NCBI RefSeq assembly: GCF_002803295.2
Contig: NZ_PGGB02000003.1
Coordinates: forward strand, 94,053-126,052
Source of the DNA: Caedibacter taeniospiralis
Lineage (GTDB): Bacteria > Pseudomonadota > Gammaproteobacteria > Francisellales > Francisellaceae
Direction: 5' to 3'
DNA: 32,000 nt
The first letter of the stretch is position 1, and each line of letters opens with the position of its first letter. This document shows, in pieces, positions 18,300 through 27,450 of the stretch. A program made the position numbers and the translations under genes. Below the pieces are notes generated by a model that ran no database searches, was not told the origin of the DNA, and was given only the letters and a program-made list of their open reading frames with translations.

Positions 18300-19641
18300 T
18301 ATCCAGCGCATTCATTGCTTTTAGGATAATGACAGCTTCAGCCAGTTGCTTATCCTTTTGCAATAATTGCTGCATGGTTTGATACTCTTTTTTATATTTT
18401 GCCAGAGCTTCTTTGGTAGACTGATCCTTTTCTACACCACTATTTGATGCAATCGCATGCTGGAAACTACTCTCTTCAAACTCAAAATCTGCCGTTTTAT
18501 TTTCCTCTATAGCTTTACTTGCTTCTGTTATCAATACCCTTTCATCTTCCTCCACCACCACATCTGGAATCACTCCCTTTGCCTGAATAGCTGTACCATT
18601 TGGGGTGTAATATCTTGCGGTCGTAAGTTTGACGGCGTTAGTCTCAGAAATAGGGATAACAGTTTGCACCGACCCCTTGCCAAAAGTTTTAACCCCAACA
18701 AGCACCGCTCTGTGGTGATCTTGCAGTGCCCCTGCCACAATTTCAGATGCTGAAGCAGAGCCCTTATTCACCAGTACAACCATTGGTAAACCATGAATAT
18801 AATCATCACTGACGACATAGCTTGTGATTGACTCATGGGGATTTCGCGACTTAGTGAACACAATTTTCTTAGGGTTCCCAGGGCTGACTTGTAAAAAAGT
18901 ATCACTCACCGCAACGGCCGCATCCAGTAAACCACCTGGATTATTGCGTAAATCGAGCACGTAACCTCTCAGCTTGGGGTTTTTATGCGCCAATTGATCA
19001 ATGTTTTTCCTAAGCTCTTCTGCTGTATTTCCTTGAAACTGACTAATCCTTAAATAACCATAATCCTCGGCAATAAGTTCAGAGTTGACCGAGTTCAATT
19101 TTACGTTCTCACGCACGAGCGATAATGTGATCGGCTTTGGTGCTTTAGGACGCAAGATGGTAATTGAAACTTCCGTACCAGGTTTCCCGCGCATTTTTTT
19201 TACTGCTTCGTCTAACGTCATTCCCACAACGCTGACATCATCAATTTTAATAATATAATCACCTGCTTTCACCCCTGCTCGATGCGCTGGCGTATCATCG
19301 ATAGGGGAAATTACTTTGATCTTTTCATCAACTGAACTGACGTGCATTCCAAGACCTGCAAACTCGCCATGAATCGATAGCTGCAAATCGGCAAAATCCT
19401 CATCATCTAAGAAACGTGAATGCGGATCTAAAGATTGCAGCATGCCATCTATTGCTCCTTCTAAAATTTTCTCATCGCTTAACTCATCCACATATGCCTG
19501 CTTAACTAAGCCTATGCTACGGGATAATTTATCGATATGTTGTTGTGTTTCCTGATCTTGCATCTGACTCTCTTGAGCAAAAATTGATGTAGACGACAAG
19601 CTCAAAGTGAGCGCATATAGAAAATATTTAGATTTCATCAT
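18289..19641 (-). CDS. ctpA: Carboxyl-terminal processing protease (S41 family, PDZ domain)
   Basis: A signal peptide, a PDZ segment (GDYIIKIDD), then LDLRNNPGG and GSASASEI catalytic-Ser regions and TFGKGSVQ. The start is set at ATGATG 19641, preceded by GAGG. The ORF-track start at 19671 is less likely. Confidence 0.88.
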   Translation of the reverse strand: MMKSKYFLYALTLSLSSTSIFAQESQMQDQETQQHIDKLSRSIGLVKQAYVDELSDEKILEGAIDGMLQSLDPHSRFLDDEDFADLQLSIHGEFAGLGMHVSSVDEKIKVISPIDDTPAHRAGVKAGDYIIKIDDVSVVGMTLDEAVKKMRGKPGTEVSITILRPKAPKPITLSLVRENVKLNSVNSELIAEDYGYLRISQFQGNTAEELRKNIDQLAHKNPKLRGYVLDLRNNPGGLLDAAVAVSDTFLQVSPGNPKKIVFTKSRNPHESITSYVVSDDYIHGLPMVVLVNKGSASASEIVAGALQDHHRAVLVGVKTFGKGSVQTVIPISETNAVKLTTARYYTPNGTAIQAKGVIPDVVVEEDERVLITEASKAIEENKTADFEFEESSFQHAIASNSGVEKDQSTKEALAKYKKEYQTMQQLLQKDKQLAEAVIILKAMNALDINA

Positions 19642-19825
19642 AACCAGTACCTCATGTAGCTCCAAAAACATCCATTTGTAATATTATTCTGCCTCAAGTG
19701 TAGGAGCTATTTATAGAATTTCAAACTCATTGAGAGTGATAAAATTATATTAACTTTTCCGCAATTAATGCACACGGGATGATTCTATGACATACTACGC
19801 CGAAAAATTTGATGCTTAGTTTGTA

Positions 19826-20569
19826 ATGAAACACACAGGACTTTTTGAACGAACCGCTATCCTTGTCAATGATCGTGGTATTGATCAGTTAAAAAACGCA
19901 CATATTCTCTTGGCTGGCATCGGGGGTGTTGGTTCTTTTGCCGCAGAAAGCTTAGCGCGCGCGGGTATTGGTAAAATAACGCTTATTGATCATGACGTGG
20001 TTTCAGCATCAAATCTGAATCGCCAATTAGTTGCGCTTAATTCAAATATTGGCATCAAAAAGGCGGTCATTATGCGTGAGCGTATTCTGGATATTAACCC
20101 TGATTGCAAGATTAATATTATTGACGATTTTGTCCGCAAAGAGGATATGGAACGGATTTTTGATAAGCCATATGACTTTGTGATTGATGCCATTGACAGC
20201 CTGGCTTGCAAGGTCGCCCTTATTGCTTATGCACATGGTAAAGGTTATAAGGTCATTTCAAGCATGGGCGCAGGGGGAAAGCTTGATCCAACACAAATTA
20301 AAGTCGCTGATATTTATCAAACCAGCATTTGTAAGCTTGCCAAGTTTATACGCGTCCGTTTACGCAGACTCAAGATCAAAAAAGGTATCCTTGCCGTTTA
20401 TTCAACAGAGAGCTCACTGCCTCCTTTGCCACCTGAACCTGTGGCAGGAAGTGGGCGTGACAGGGCAGTAAATGGAACGATAAGCTATATGCCTGCTTTA
20501 TTTGGTTTAACCATAGCGGGCATGGTGATTAAACAAATCATTGCGGAAAATTTAAATATTAATAACTAA
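19826..20569 (+). CDS. tcdA: tRNA threonylcarbamoyladenosine dehydratase (ThiF/HesA family)
   Basis: LLAGIGGVGSFAAESLARAGIGKITLIDHDVVSASNLNRQ Rossmann/E1-like motif. The 247-aa size and overall similarity fit TcdA/CsdL. Confidence 0.85.
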   Translation: MKHTGLFERTAILVNDRGIDQLKNAHILLAGIGGVGSFAAESLARAGIGKITLIDHDVVSASNLNRQLVALNSNIGIKKAVIMRERILDINPDCKINIIDDFVRKEDMERIFDKPYDFVIDAIDSLACKVALIAYAHGKGYKVISSMGAGGKLDPTQIKVADIYQTSICKLAKFIRVRLRRLKIKKGILAVYSTESSLPPLPPEPVAGSGRDRAVNGTISYMPALFGLTIAGMVIKQIIAENLNINN

Positions 20570-20805
20570 TCTAACTGAAGTTACGCGCTTTTGCTGGCTT
20601 TAAAGACTACCCCGTCAGCCTCACGCGCAGAGCTTGTGGCGTTCAAAGCTAAAGAAGCAAAACTGTTTGCTTCTTTCGGGCGCTTTTCACCCCCTTCGCG
20701 AACGAAGGGGAATTAACAAAAAGCTGCCAAACATTCCCCTTCACAAGTGAAGGGGTGCCAAGCCTGCGAGGCGGGGTAGTTCAGCAAAAGTGCATCTAAC
20801 AGCAG
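20570..20805. repeat. Composite palindromic repeat element (same family as 6758-6983), copy 2, with an extra internal hairpin
   Basis: CTACCCCG (20607-20614) pairs with CGGGGTAG (20772-20779). Hairpins lie at 20691-20710 and 20736-20755. The insert-specific hairpin AAGAAGCAAA-ACTG-TTTGCTTCTT lies at about 20652-20675. The element fills the whole spacer between convergent tcdA and pssA. Confidence 0.85.
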
Positions 20806-20807
20806 CG

Positions 20808-21569
20808 CTACTTCACACGACCTGGTTTACCCCTAAACAGGCGCGTAACCGCTCCAGATAAAGCGTAAGTCATAAAAACTACAAACAGCGTAATGGAAGG
20901 ATCGATAAAAATAATCGCTATGATAAAAACCACCAAAACGGTTTGGGTAAAAACCATTTTTCCTTTTAAATCATAGTCCTTAAAACTTCTAAACTTAATG
21001 TTGCTCACCATCATGGCGGACAGATACAGCGTAATGACAGTCGCAAAAAAAGTGACCCACCCCTCTGCCGAAGAATGTCCAAGCGTGTTACAAAACCATA
21101 CAAATCCAGCAATCGCCGCCGCAGCAGCAGGGCAGGGAATCCCCGTGAAGTATCGTTTACTCTCAGGGGTATTGTCATCAAGCTGTGTGTTAAAGCGCGC
21201 TAAACGTAACCCGACGCAAGCCAGATAAATAAATGCTACAGCCCAACCAAATTGTGCTAAGTGCTTTACTGCCCAAAAGTAGATAATCAAGGCAGGCGCT
21301 ACACCAAAAGAAACCATGTCGGCTAATGAATCATATTCCGCGCCAAAAGCACTCTGTGTGTTTGTCAAGCGTGCCACACGCCCATCTAAAGAATCCATGA
21401 TAGCCGCAATATAAATACACACTGATGCTAAAACAAAATGGCTATTAAATGCCGCGATGATCGAATAAAATCCTGCAAATAAACTCGCTGAAGTAAATAA
21501 ATTGGGCAATATATAAATGCCTCTGCTGCGTTGAGTTGCAGGGTTCTCTGGTGCTTGCTCATTTTTCAT
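20808..21569 (-). CDS. pssA: CDP-diacylglycerol--serine O-phosphatidyltransferase (CDP-alcohol phosphatidyltransferase family)
   Basis: DSLDGRVARLTNTQSAFGAEYDSLADMVSFG matches D-G-x2-A-R-x8-G-x3-D-x3-D. It is a multi-TM protein of 253 aa. Confidence 0.88.
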   Translation of the reverse strand: MKNEQAPENPATQRSRGIYILPNLFTSASLFAGFYSIIAAFNSHFVLASVCIYIAAIMDSLDGRVARLTNTQSAFGAEYDSLADMVSFGVAPALIIYFWAVKHLAQFGWAVAFIYLACVGLRLARFNTQLDDNTPESKRYFTGIPCPAAAAAIAGFVWFCNTLGHSSAEGWVTFFATVITLYLSAMMVSNIKFRSFKDYDLKGKMVFTQTVLVVFIIAIIFIDPSITLFVVFMTYALSGAVTRLFRGKPGRVK

Positions 21570-21579
21570 ATGACTTCCT

Positions 21580-22569
21580 TTATATCTTGGACTCTTTTGC
21601 TTCTTGATTATCTTGTGATTTCTTCAGCTTGGTCTGTTTAAGTAACTTTGGCAATGGGAAAGTGACTTCTTCCTTTACTCCCTCAAAATCAACAACTCCC
21701 GCCGCTGGAAAATTAGCTTGCAAGAAGCTTACCACTTGTTGCACTAGATATTCTGGCGCTGAAGCCCCTGCAGTAATTCCACAACTCTTCTTGCCAACAA
21801 ACCAGGTTAAATCAACATCATCTTTATTGTCAATCAGATAGGCATCCACGCCTTCTTTTTCAGCCAACTCACGTAAACGATTAGAATTTGAACTGTTTTT
21901 AGAGCCCACCACCAGCAGGATATCGACCTCCTTAGCCAGCTCTCTTATCGCATTTTGACGGTTCTGAGTCGCATAGCAAATATCTTCTCTTTTGGGTGAA
22001 CTGACTTCGGGATATTTTTCTTTTAAGGCATAAATAATATCTTTTGTTTCGTCAACCGAGAGCGTCGTTTGAGTCGCATAGATTAGTTGCTGCGGATTTT
22101 TTAGGTTCAAGGCATGTACATCAGCAACATTTTCGACTAAATAAATCTGGCTATATTTACTTCTATATTGCCCAAGAGTGCCTTCCACTTCGGGATGCCC
22201 CTTGTGCCCTATGAGCACACACTCAACACCTGTGCTACTTGCTTTTTGTACCTCTCTATGTACCTTCGTCACCAGTGGACAGGTTGCGTCATATATCTTT
22301 AGCGCCTTACGCTTTGCCTCTTCTTCAATGGCTTGCGAAACACCGTGCGCACTAAAAATACACACCGAACCATAGGGAACTTCATTTAGCTCTTTGACAA
22401 AGACCGCCCCTTTATCCTTTAAGTTCTCAACTACTGCTCGGTTATGAACGACTTCATGACGCACGTAAACAGGATGAGGCTCTATCGCTAAAACCTTTTC
22501 AACGACATCAACCGCACGCGAAACGCCCGCACAAAAGCCTCGCGGGTTAGCTAAAATGATCCTCATCAT
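21580..22569 (-). CDS. ispH: 4-hydroxy-3-methylbut-2-enyl diphosphate reductase
   Basis: ANPRGFCAGVSRAV, HGV, ATCPLVTKVH and ICYATQNRQ cluster-Cys motifs. It carries a Lys-rich C-terminal tail of about 15-20 aa beyond the usual IspH length. A 4-nt ATGA overlap joins it to fkpB. Confidence 0.93.
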   Translation of the reverse strand: MMRIILANPRGFCAGVSRAVDVVEKVLAIEPHPVYVRHEVVHNRAVVENLKDKGAVFVKELNEVPYGSVCIFSAHGVSQAIEEEAKRKALKIYDATCPLVTKVHREVQKASSTGVECVLIGHKGHPEVEGTLGQYRSKYSQIYLVENVADVHALNLKNPQQLIYATQTTLSVDETKDIIYALKEKYPEVSSPKREDICYATQNRQNAIRELAKEVDILLVVGSKNSSNSNRLRELAEKEGVDAYLIDNKDDVDLTWFVGKKSCGITAGASAPEYLVQQVVSFLQANFPAAGVVDFEGVKEEVTFPLPKLLKQTKLKKSQDNQEAKESKI

Positions 22570-23009
22570 TCAGGTTCCTTATCCAAGATCTCTAAAATAT
22601 CAACATCAAATAAAATCGCCTGTCCTGATAAAGGATGATTAAAATCGACGGTTACGTCATGTTCGTGGATTTCGGTGATAATGCCAGGAAGCTCGGTGCC
22701 ATCTTTTTGTGAAAACGCGACGATCAAGCCTTCTTCTAACGCGATATCCAACGGAAATCGCTTTTTAGGAACCTCGTAGATCATAGCAGGATGTTTGTTA
22801 CCAAAAGCCTCTTCTGGCATGAGCATCATTTTGCGATTAATCCCTGCTTCAAGACCCAGTAAGTCGGACTCAAGTTTCTCAGCAAAAGCTCCCTTGCCCA
22901 TTTGGAAAATATAGGGTTGATTGTAATTTCTTGTATCTTCTGCAATTGAACCATCTTTAAGGCGAATTTTAAAATGCATTTTTACAAAGCTGTCTCTTTG
23001 TATTTTCAT
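22566..23009 (-). CDS. fkpB: FKBP-type peptidyl-prolyl cis-trans isomerase
   Basis: Aligns with E. coli FkpB (HFKIRLKDGSIAEDTR..., LLGLEAG, ITEIHEHDVTVDFNHPLSGQAILFDVDILEI). The conserved fkpB-ispH gene order is kept. Confidence 0.88.
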   Translation of the reverse strand: MKIQRDSFVKMHFKIRLKDGSIAEDTRNYNQPYIFQMGKGAFAEKLESDLLGLEAGINRKMMLMPEEAFGNKHPAMIYEVPKKRFPLDIALEEGLIVAFSQKDGTELPGIITEIHEHDVTVDFNHPLSGQAILFDVDILEILDKEPE

Positions 23010-23106
23010 GGAATACCTTCATTGTGCTTTCTTTTGCTTTTCTCCAGTAACTAAGCTAGAGTTCCAACAGATTGGTAACGCGCACATTCTACGAGATTTA
23101 TAAAAA

Positions 23107-23898
23107 ATGCACAAATATTCGTTTGCAAAGATGCCAGCAACTTTAGTCAATAAGCTCATAGCAGCTTCTTTAAGTTTTTGTTTGACGCTGACGTTTCTTC
23201 CTCTCTCTAGTCACTCAGAGAGTTTACAACAACGGTATCATGTTTTTTTGAGTAACTATTATTTATCGGATACACCGTTATCTAGCGCAGGGAAAATTAT
23301 CGCCTCAACAAAGGGAAAAACGCTGATTTCAGTGGGTGACACTATTTATGTCTCACCGGCAAAAAAAAGTCCAATGTATTATGCTGTTGCCTATGTTCAA
23401 AGCATCCCTTATGGCAAGGGAAAAAAAGCAAACTATGATTATCTGTTAAAACGACTTGGAACAGCAAAATTAAGTGCTGATCGCCAAGATATATTAATTA
23501 TGCAGATGGCTGATGTTGTTCAGGAAATTAGCTTGGGTGATCACATGCTGCCAGCGGATCTGATCAATTCCAAACTCCCCGATCAAGAGCTTATTGCAGA
23601 TCAGAATATTTCAGGTATTGTCATGCAATTAGAGGATGCGACTAGTTTTGCAGGGACTTATCAATCTGTTTTACTCAACATGGGATACGCTTCTGGGTTA
23701 AAATTGGGCATGCGTGTCTATTTTGAATCGACACCACAAAAAATTGACGATTACAACCTTTCAGGAGGCTATTTAGGTCAGGGATTTATTTATCGTCTGG
23801 CAAGTCATCATGCCATAGCATTAGTGACACACGCCAAACAGGAAATTTTGGTTGGCAGTATTGCTCTTACACAGCTGCCAAAGCGCCATGTTAAATAG
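23107..23898 (+). CDS. Secreted/periplasmic hypothetical protein (positional equivalent of LysM/TsaP-type genes found upstream of dprA)
   Basis: An N-terminal signal peptide (LIAASLSFCLTLTFLPLSSHS). 263 aa. It is translationally coupled to dprA by an 11-nt overlap. I recognise no LysM motif, so the functional call is weak. Confidence 0.6.
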   Translation: MHKYSFAKMPATLVNKLIAASLSFCLTLTFLPLSSHSESLQQRYHVFLSNYYLSDTPLSSAGKIIASTKGKTLISVGDTIYVSPAKKSPMYYAVAYVQSIPYGKGKKANYDYLLKRLGTAKLSADRQDILIMQMADVVQEISLGDHMLPADLINSKLPDQELIADQNISGIVMQLEDATSFAGTYQSVLLNMGYASGLKLGMRVYFESTPQKIDDYNLSGGYLGQGFIYRLASHHAIALVTHAKQEILVGSIALTQLPKRHVK

Positions 23899-24976
23899 TA
23901 CTGATTTTGCAATATTGCACACCTTACCACATTTCACATTTGGACACTATCAAAAACTCATTGCTGCCAAGATAACGATTTCGGAGCTGCTTAAAAAACC
24001 TTGGCTTTACCAGAAGTTTTTGGGTTTAAATGCGCAGACCATCGATTTCATTCGGGATGAAAAATACACAGACTATCTTAGTAAAGTGGATTCCTGGCTA
24101 AAGCAATCATCAAATCATCACCTTATCCACCATATAGACACAGGTTTTCCATCTCAACTTAAACAGATTTCTGATCCACCGCTTAGCCTGTATGCCATTG
24201 GTGATATCGCGTTACTTGGCACGTTGCAGCTTGCCGTTGTGGGCACGCGTCACGCAAGCTTTTACGGTGCTGAAATAATCCATCATCTTATCCCAGAGCT
24301 TACTGAATCTAATCTCACCATTACCAGTGGCATGGCCTTGGGGATCGATGCCCTTGCACATGAAGAAGCCTTGAAAAACAATGGTAAAACCATCGCCATC
24401 TTGGGAACAGGGGTTAATATTTGTTATCCTCCACAAAATCGCAGACTCTACGCTGAGATACATTCCAAGGGTTTAGTTATTTCCGAGTTTTTACTCAATC
24501 AAGTCCCTAAGCGCTACCACTTCCCTAGGAGAAATCGAATTATCAGCGGTTTAAGTTTGGGTGTAGTTGTCGTTGAGGCTGCCGATAGAAGTGGCTCATT
24601 GATTACTGCCATGCACGCACTAGAACAAAATCGGGAAGTTTTTGCTGTGCCAGGGAATATTTTTCATAACGAAAGTCACGGATGTAATAAGCTCATCCAG
24701 ATGGGGGCTAAGCTCATTAGTTCTGCAGATGACATTATCAGTGAGCTTAACCTAAAGCAAACATTAAACAATTCAAAACTTAAACCATTTCAGCAATCAC
24801 TGCTACTTACGCAGGAACAACAGCTCGTATTTGAGAGTATCAGCTCAACCTGTACTACTATTGATAAAATCATCGACAATACCAACTTAACATACGCGAA
24901 AATTACTGGCATACTGTTTGAGCTTGAGATGGAAGCGCTTATTTGTGCGGTTCCAGGCGGATATAGACGAGTCTAA
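23888..24976 (+). CDS. dprA: DNA-processing protein A (Smf)
   Basis: LAVVGTRHASFYG, ITSGMALGIDALAHEEAL, IAILGTGVNICYPPQNRRLY, VISEF, FPRRNRIISGLS, VVVEAADRSGSLITA. The start is set at ATG 23888 (MLNSTDF). Confidence 0.9.
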   Translation: MLNSTDFAILHTLPHFTFGHYQKLIAAKITISELLKKPWLYQKFLGLNAQTIDFIRDEKYTDYLSKVDSWLKQSSNHHLIHHIDTGFPSQLKQISDPPLSLYAIGDIALLGTLQLAVVGTRHASFYGAEIIHHLIPELTESNLTITSGMALGIDALAHEEALKNNGKTIAILGTGVNICYPPQNRRLYAEIHSKGLVISEFLLNQVPKRYHFPRRNRIISGLSLGVVVVEAADRSGSLITAMHALEQNREVFAVPGNIFHNESHGCNKLIQMGAKLISSADDIISELNLKQTLNNSKLKPFQQSLLLTQEQQLVFESISSTCTTIDKIIDNTNLTYAKITGILFELEMEALICAVPGGYRRV

Positions 24977-24984
24977 AAGGTACC

Positions 24985-25467
24985 ATGAACGATCAACCCC
25001 AAATATTACAAATTTTGATGTCATTATTTAATGACTTACCGCATTTAGAAGAGGAAATCATTAGAGTCACTAATTCACAAGAACTCTTAAGTGAATTACA
25101 AAACAGCGGTCTAAAAGGTCAATCGCTTGAGCGGGCATTTGTATGGCTTGAGCAATTTACTAAACTGAATGAAAGGACCAAAATCAGTTATCAGCCCGGC
25201 ACAGCGCGTGTATTTACCAATGCGGAAAAAGCCGTTATCCCTTCGGAGTGCCTGAGCTTTTTGCTGGAGGCTCATCATATAGGAGAGATTCAATCTCATG
25301 AGCTGGAGTTTATTATCGAACAAATCATGACACTAAGCACACATGCCATCACTGAAGAACAGTTTCTATGGGTTTTTGACATGACCGTGACCAATCAAAT
25401 GGATGACTCAATGGATGTTGTCATCGGCATTCACGAATTACCAGGCACCTCTTTATATATTCACTAA
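24985..25467 (+). CDS. smg: Smg protein (DUF494)
   Basis: 160 aa, acidic. The conserved dprA-smg order and an N-terminus ILQILMSLFN resembling E. coli Smg MFDVLMYLFE support the call. Confidence 0.8.
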   Translation: MNDQPQILQILMSLFNDLPHLEEEIIRVTNSQELLSELQNSGLKGQSLERAFVWLEQFTKLNERTKISYQPGTARVFTNAEKAVIPSECLSFLLEAHHIGEIQSHELEFIIEQIMTLSTHAITEEQFLWVFDMTVTNQMDDSMDVVIGIHELPGTSLYIH

Positions 25468-25485
25468 TCGTCTTACGTTGCCAGT

Positions 25486-25553
25486 AAGGAATCTCAAGTT
25501 TAATAAGATGCCCATTTGTTTCGACGGGTAGTAGGGTGGATAAGCCAAAGGCG
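25486..25553. repeat. Half copy of the 15404-15567 palindromic element
   Basis: GGAATCTCAAGTTTAATAAGATGCCCATTTGTTTCGACGGGTAGTAGGGTGGATAAGCCAAAGGC is about 90% identical to 15407-15470. The right arm is absent. Confidence 0.8.
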
Positions 25554-25693
25554 ATATTTTTAATCGTAGCTTTTGGCAGGTTTGCAGCAACTTACATTTG
25601 CATTCAAACCACCTCATAAATCCATCTCAATTGCTGTAAATGACTGACTTGTCAGCAATTGCGGAAAGAAGATTTTTTTTTGGAAAAAAGCTA

Positions 25694-25722
25694 TTGACTC
25701 TAAAATGCTTCATCTATAGAAT
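25694..25722 (+). promoter_or_regulatory. Sigma70 promoter of tRNA-Asn (TTGACT-N17-TAGAAT) with upstream A/T tract
   Basis: -35 TTGACT at 25694-25699, a 17-bp spacer, and -10 TAGAAT at 25717-25722, 18 nt before the tRNA 5' end. The T9/A6 tract at 25672-25689 sits in UP-element position. Confidence 0.65.
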
Positions 25723-25740
25723 TGCCTTTCGTTAAGGCAT

Positions 25741-25816
<76 letters not shown>

Positions 25817-25882
25817 TCTAAAAGCCATATCTGGCAACGTATACGAGAATTTAAACAAAATCTGTAACTACCCAGAAGGTTG

Positions 25883-26311
25883 TTAATTGAACTGAGGTGT
25901 TTTGCCGTTAAATACATCCGCAATGGCATCAATAATCTTCCAGCCTTGTTTACGAGCAGTCGATAGTAAAGTACGAATACGCACAAATTTCTGGGCCCCA
26001 GCCTCACTACGAAAGCAACCCGAAACTTTTTGCTTTACCTTCATCATACGCAAGTCATTCTCCGCTTGACTATTGGTAAATGGCACCTTAGCATCATAAA
26101 TAAATCTCAATACCTCAGCTTTATAATCACCTAAGCGCAATAACAAGTTATGCCCTGTTCTTCGTTTCTTTCTGCCTCTTTTACCAGCATTTTCTAAAGG
26201 CATCAAAATCTCGTGATATGTAAGACCGTCCTTGACAATTCGATCATAAATTTTACCGATCAGGATTTGCTTATCAGGTAAGAGCACTGATTGCTCAGAT
26301 ATATTCACCAT
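25883..26311 (-). pseudogene. IS66-family transposase, C-terminal fragment
   Basis: VPFTNSQAENDLRMMKVKQKVSGCFRSEAGAQKFVRIRTLLSTARKQGW matches the conserved IS66 TnpC C-terminal region (vPfdNN.aER.lR..K...K..gg.rs..ga..fa.i.s...Ta.k.g). Only 142 codons remain. Confidence 0.8.
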
Positions 26312-26358
26312 TAGTAATTGTTGACTTAAGCTCGCCTTTTTCGCTTACGCTTTTGCTT

Positions 26359-26511
26359 TTATTTAGGACGTAACAAACCATCGCTTGAAGGCGGTTTTGA
26401 ACTGTTGCGACTATTCTTAGAAAGCCGCTTCTTAAGTTGCTCAATCTCCTCTTTTAGTCGAGCATTTTCACGCTCAAGCGCGTCGATTCTGGTTAATAGC
26501 TCTTGAATCAT
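26359..26511 (-). pseudogene. IS66-family transposase, N-terminal fragment (50 codons)
   Basis: My manual translation gives MIQELLTRIDALERENARLKEEIEQLKKRLSKNSRNSSKPPSSDGLLRPK then a stop. This is the coiled-coil plus KNS.NSSKPPSSD signature of IS66 TnpC N-termini. The catalytic middle of the protein is missing. Confidence 0.75.
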
Positions 26512-26650
26512 TTTTTTCTAGGGTCGTGTCCATTGGTAAGATTACGCCATACTTATTTGCAAATGAAAATACCTAATCTGGAAAAATGCCAAAATTCATC
26601 ATCTATCAAAGTTTAACCTGCTGGGTAGTTACAATAAGTCTTTAAAAAAA

Positions 26651-27325
26651 GTGTCACACCGTATAAACTCTAAAGCATTTGATTTTTCCAGTAACGATAT
26701 ATTTATGCAGGACGTATTTAAAATATATTTCGCCCATCGTACAGTCCAAGTACTGTGGTTTGTCTTCTTTGCCTTTTTAGCCTTGACCCTTGATCTAGGT
26801 GTTTTCAGAACGCACTGGTGGTGGTTGTTTTTACCCATTATTATTGCGCCTTTTTATGAATGGTATGCCCATAAATACTTGCTGCATGCGCAATTAAGTA
26901 AAAAACCAGGTAAATTTCGTGACTTCCAGATTCGCTTGCATCACGGACATCACCGACATCCACAAAATATTGACCTGCTCTTTGCACCATGGTTAGCTAT
27001 TATCCTACACCTAACGCAGACTTACGCGTTGTTTGCGTTAATCACATGGAGTTTTGATGTTGCCCTTATCCCATTTACCTTTGGCATTTTATATTATCTT
27101 TTTTACGAGTGGATGCATTTAGCACATCACACCCCTGCCTACCAACCTAAAACAATAATAGGACAAAAGCTGAAACGCGCGCACATGCGTCACCACTTTC
27201 ATAATGAAAACTATTGCTGGGGCATCACTAATTATTTGGGTGATTTATGCCTTGGAACGTTTAAAGAACGTAATGATGTCGCTAAAAGTACGACAGCTAC
27301 GCATATTTCAGGGTATAGCGAATAA
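26651..27325 (+). CDS. Fatty acid hydroxylase / sterol desaturase superfamily membrane di-iron enzyme
   Basis: His boxes HKYLLH, HHGHHRH, HLAHH and HMRHHFH are interleaved with TM segments. The ORF-track start is a GTG 18 nt from the IS end. An ATG at 26705 is an alternative start, and neither has a good Shine-Dalgarno sequence. Confidence 0.75.
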   Translation: MSHRINSKAFDFSSNDIFMQDVFKIYFAHRTVQVLWFVFFAFLALTLDLGVFRTHWWWLFLPIIIAPFYEWYAHKYLLHAQLSKKPGKFRDFQIRLHHGHHRHPQNIDLLFAPWLAIILHLTQTYALFALITWSFDVALIPFTFGILYYLFYEWMHLAHHTPAYQPKTIIGQKLKRAHMRHHFHNENYCWGITNYLGDLCLGTFKERNDVAKSTTATHISGYSE

Positions 27326-27450
27326 CCCAATTTTATCCCGATATAGCTAACCGTAATCCTCTGGTTACTAAAAAACTTTAATGAAGGTTTGCCTTATCTT
27401 AGGCAATTCTAGATAATGGCGAAATATTTATTCCTAAACGCCTGTGTAGC

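Larger units (their letters stand above)
25863..26633 (-). mobile_element. Internally deleted IS66-family insertion sequence remnant bounded by terminal inverted repeats
   Basis: TIRs are TGTAACTACCCAGAAGGTT (25863-25881) and the reverse complement of AACCTGCTGGGTAGTTACA (26615-26633), matching at 18 of 19 positions. The element contains only N- and C-terminal transposase fragments. I saw no clear target-site duplication. Confidence 0.8.

Noticed and set aside
6758-20805. Whether the recurring CCCCTTC..GAAGGGG hairpins represent a CRISPR array
   Set aside because: The copies are palindromic, irregularly spaced (pairs about 40 bp apart, loci kilobases apart) and embedded in larger inverted repeats. 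There is no regular repeat-spacer architecture and no cas genes.
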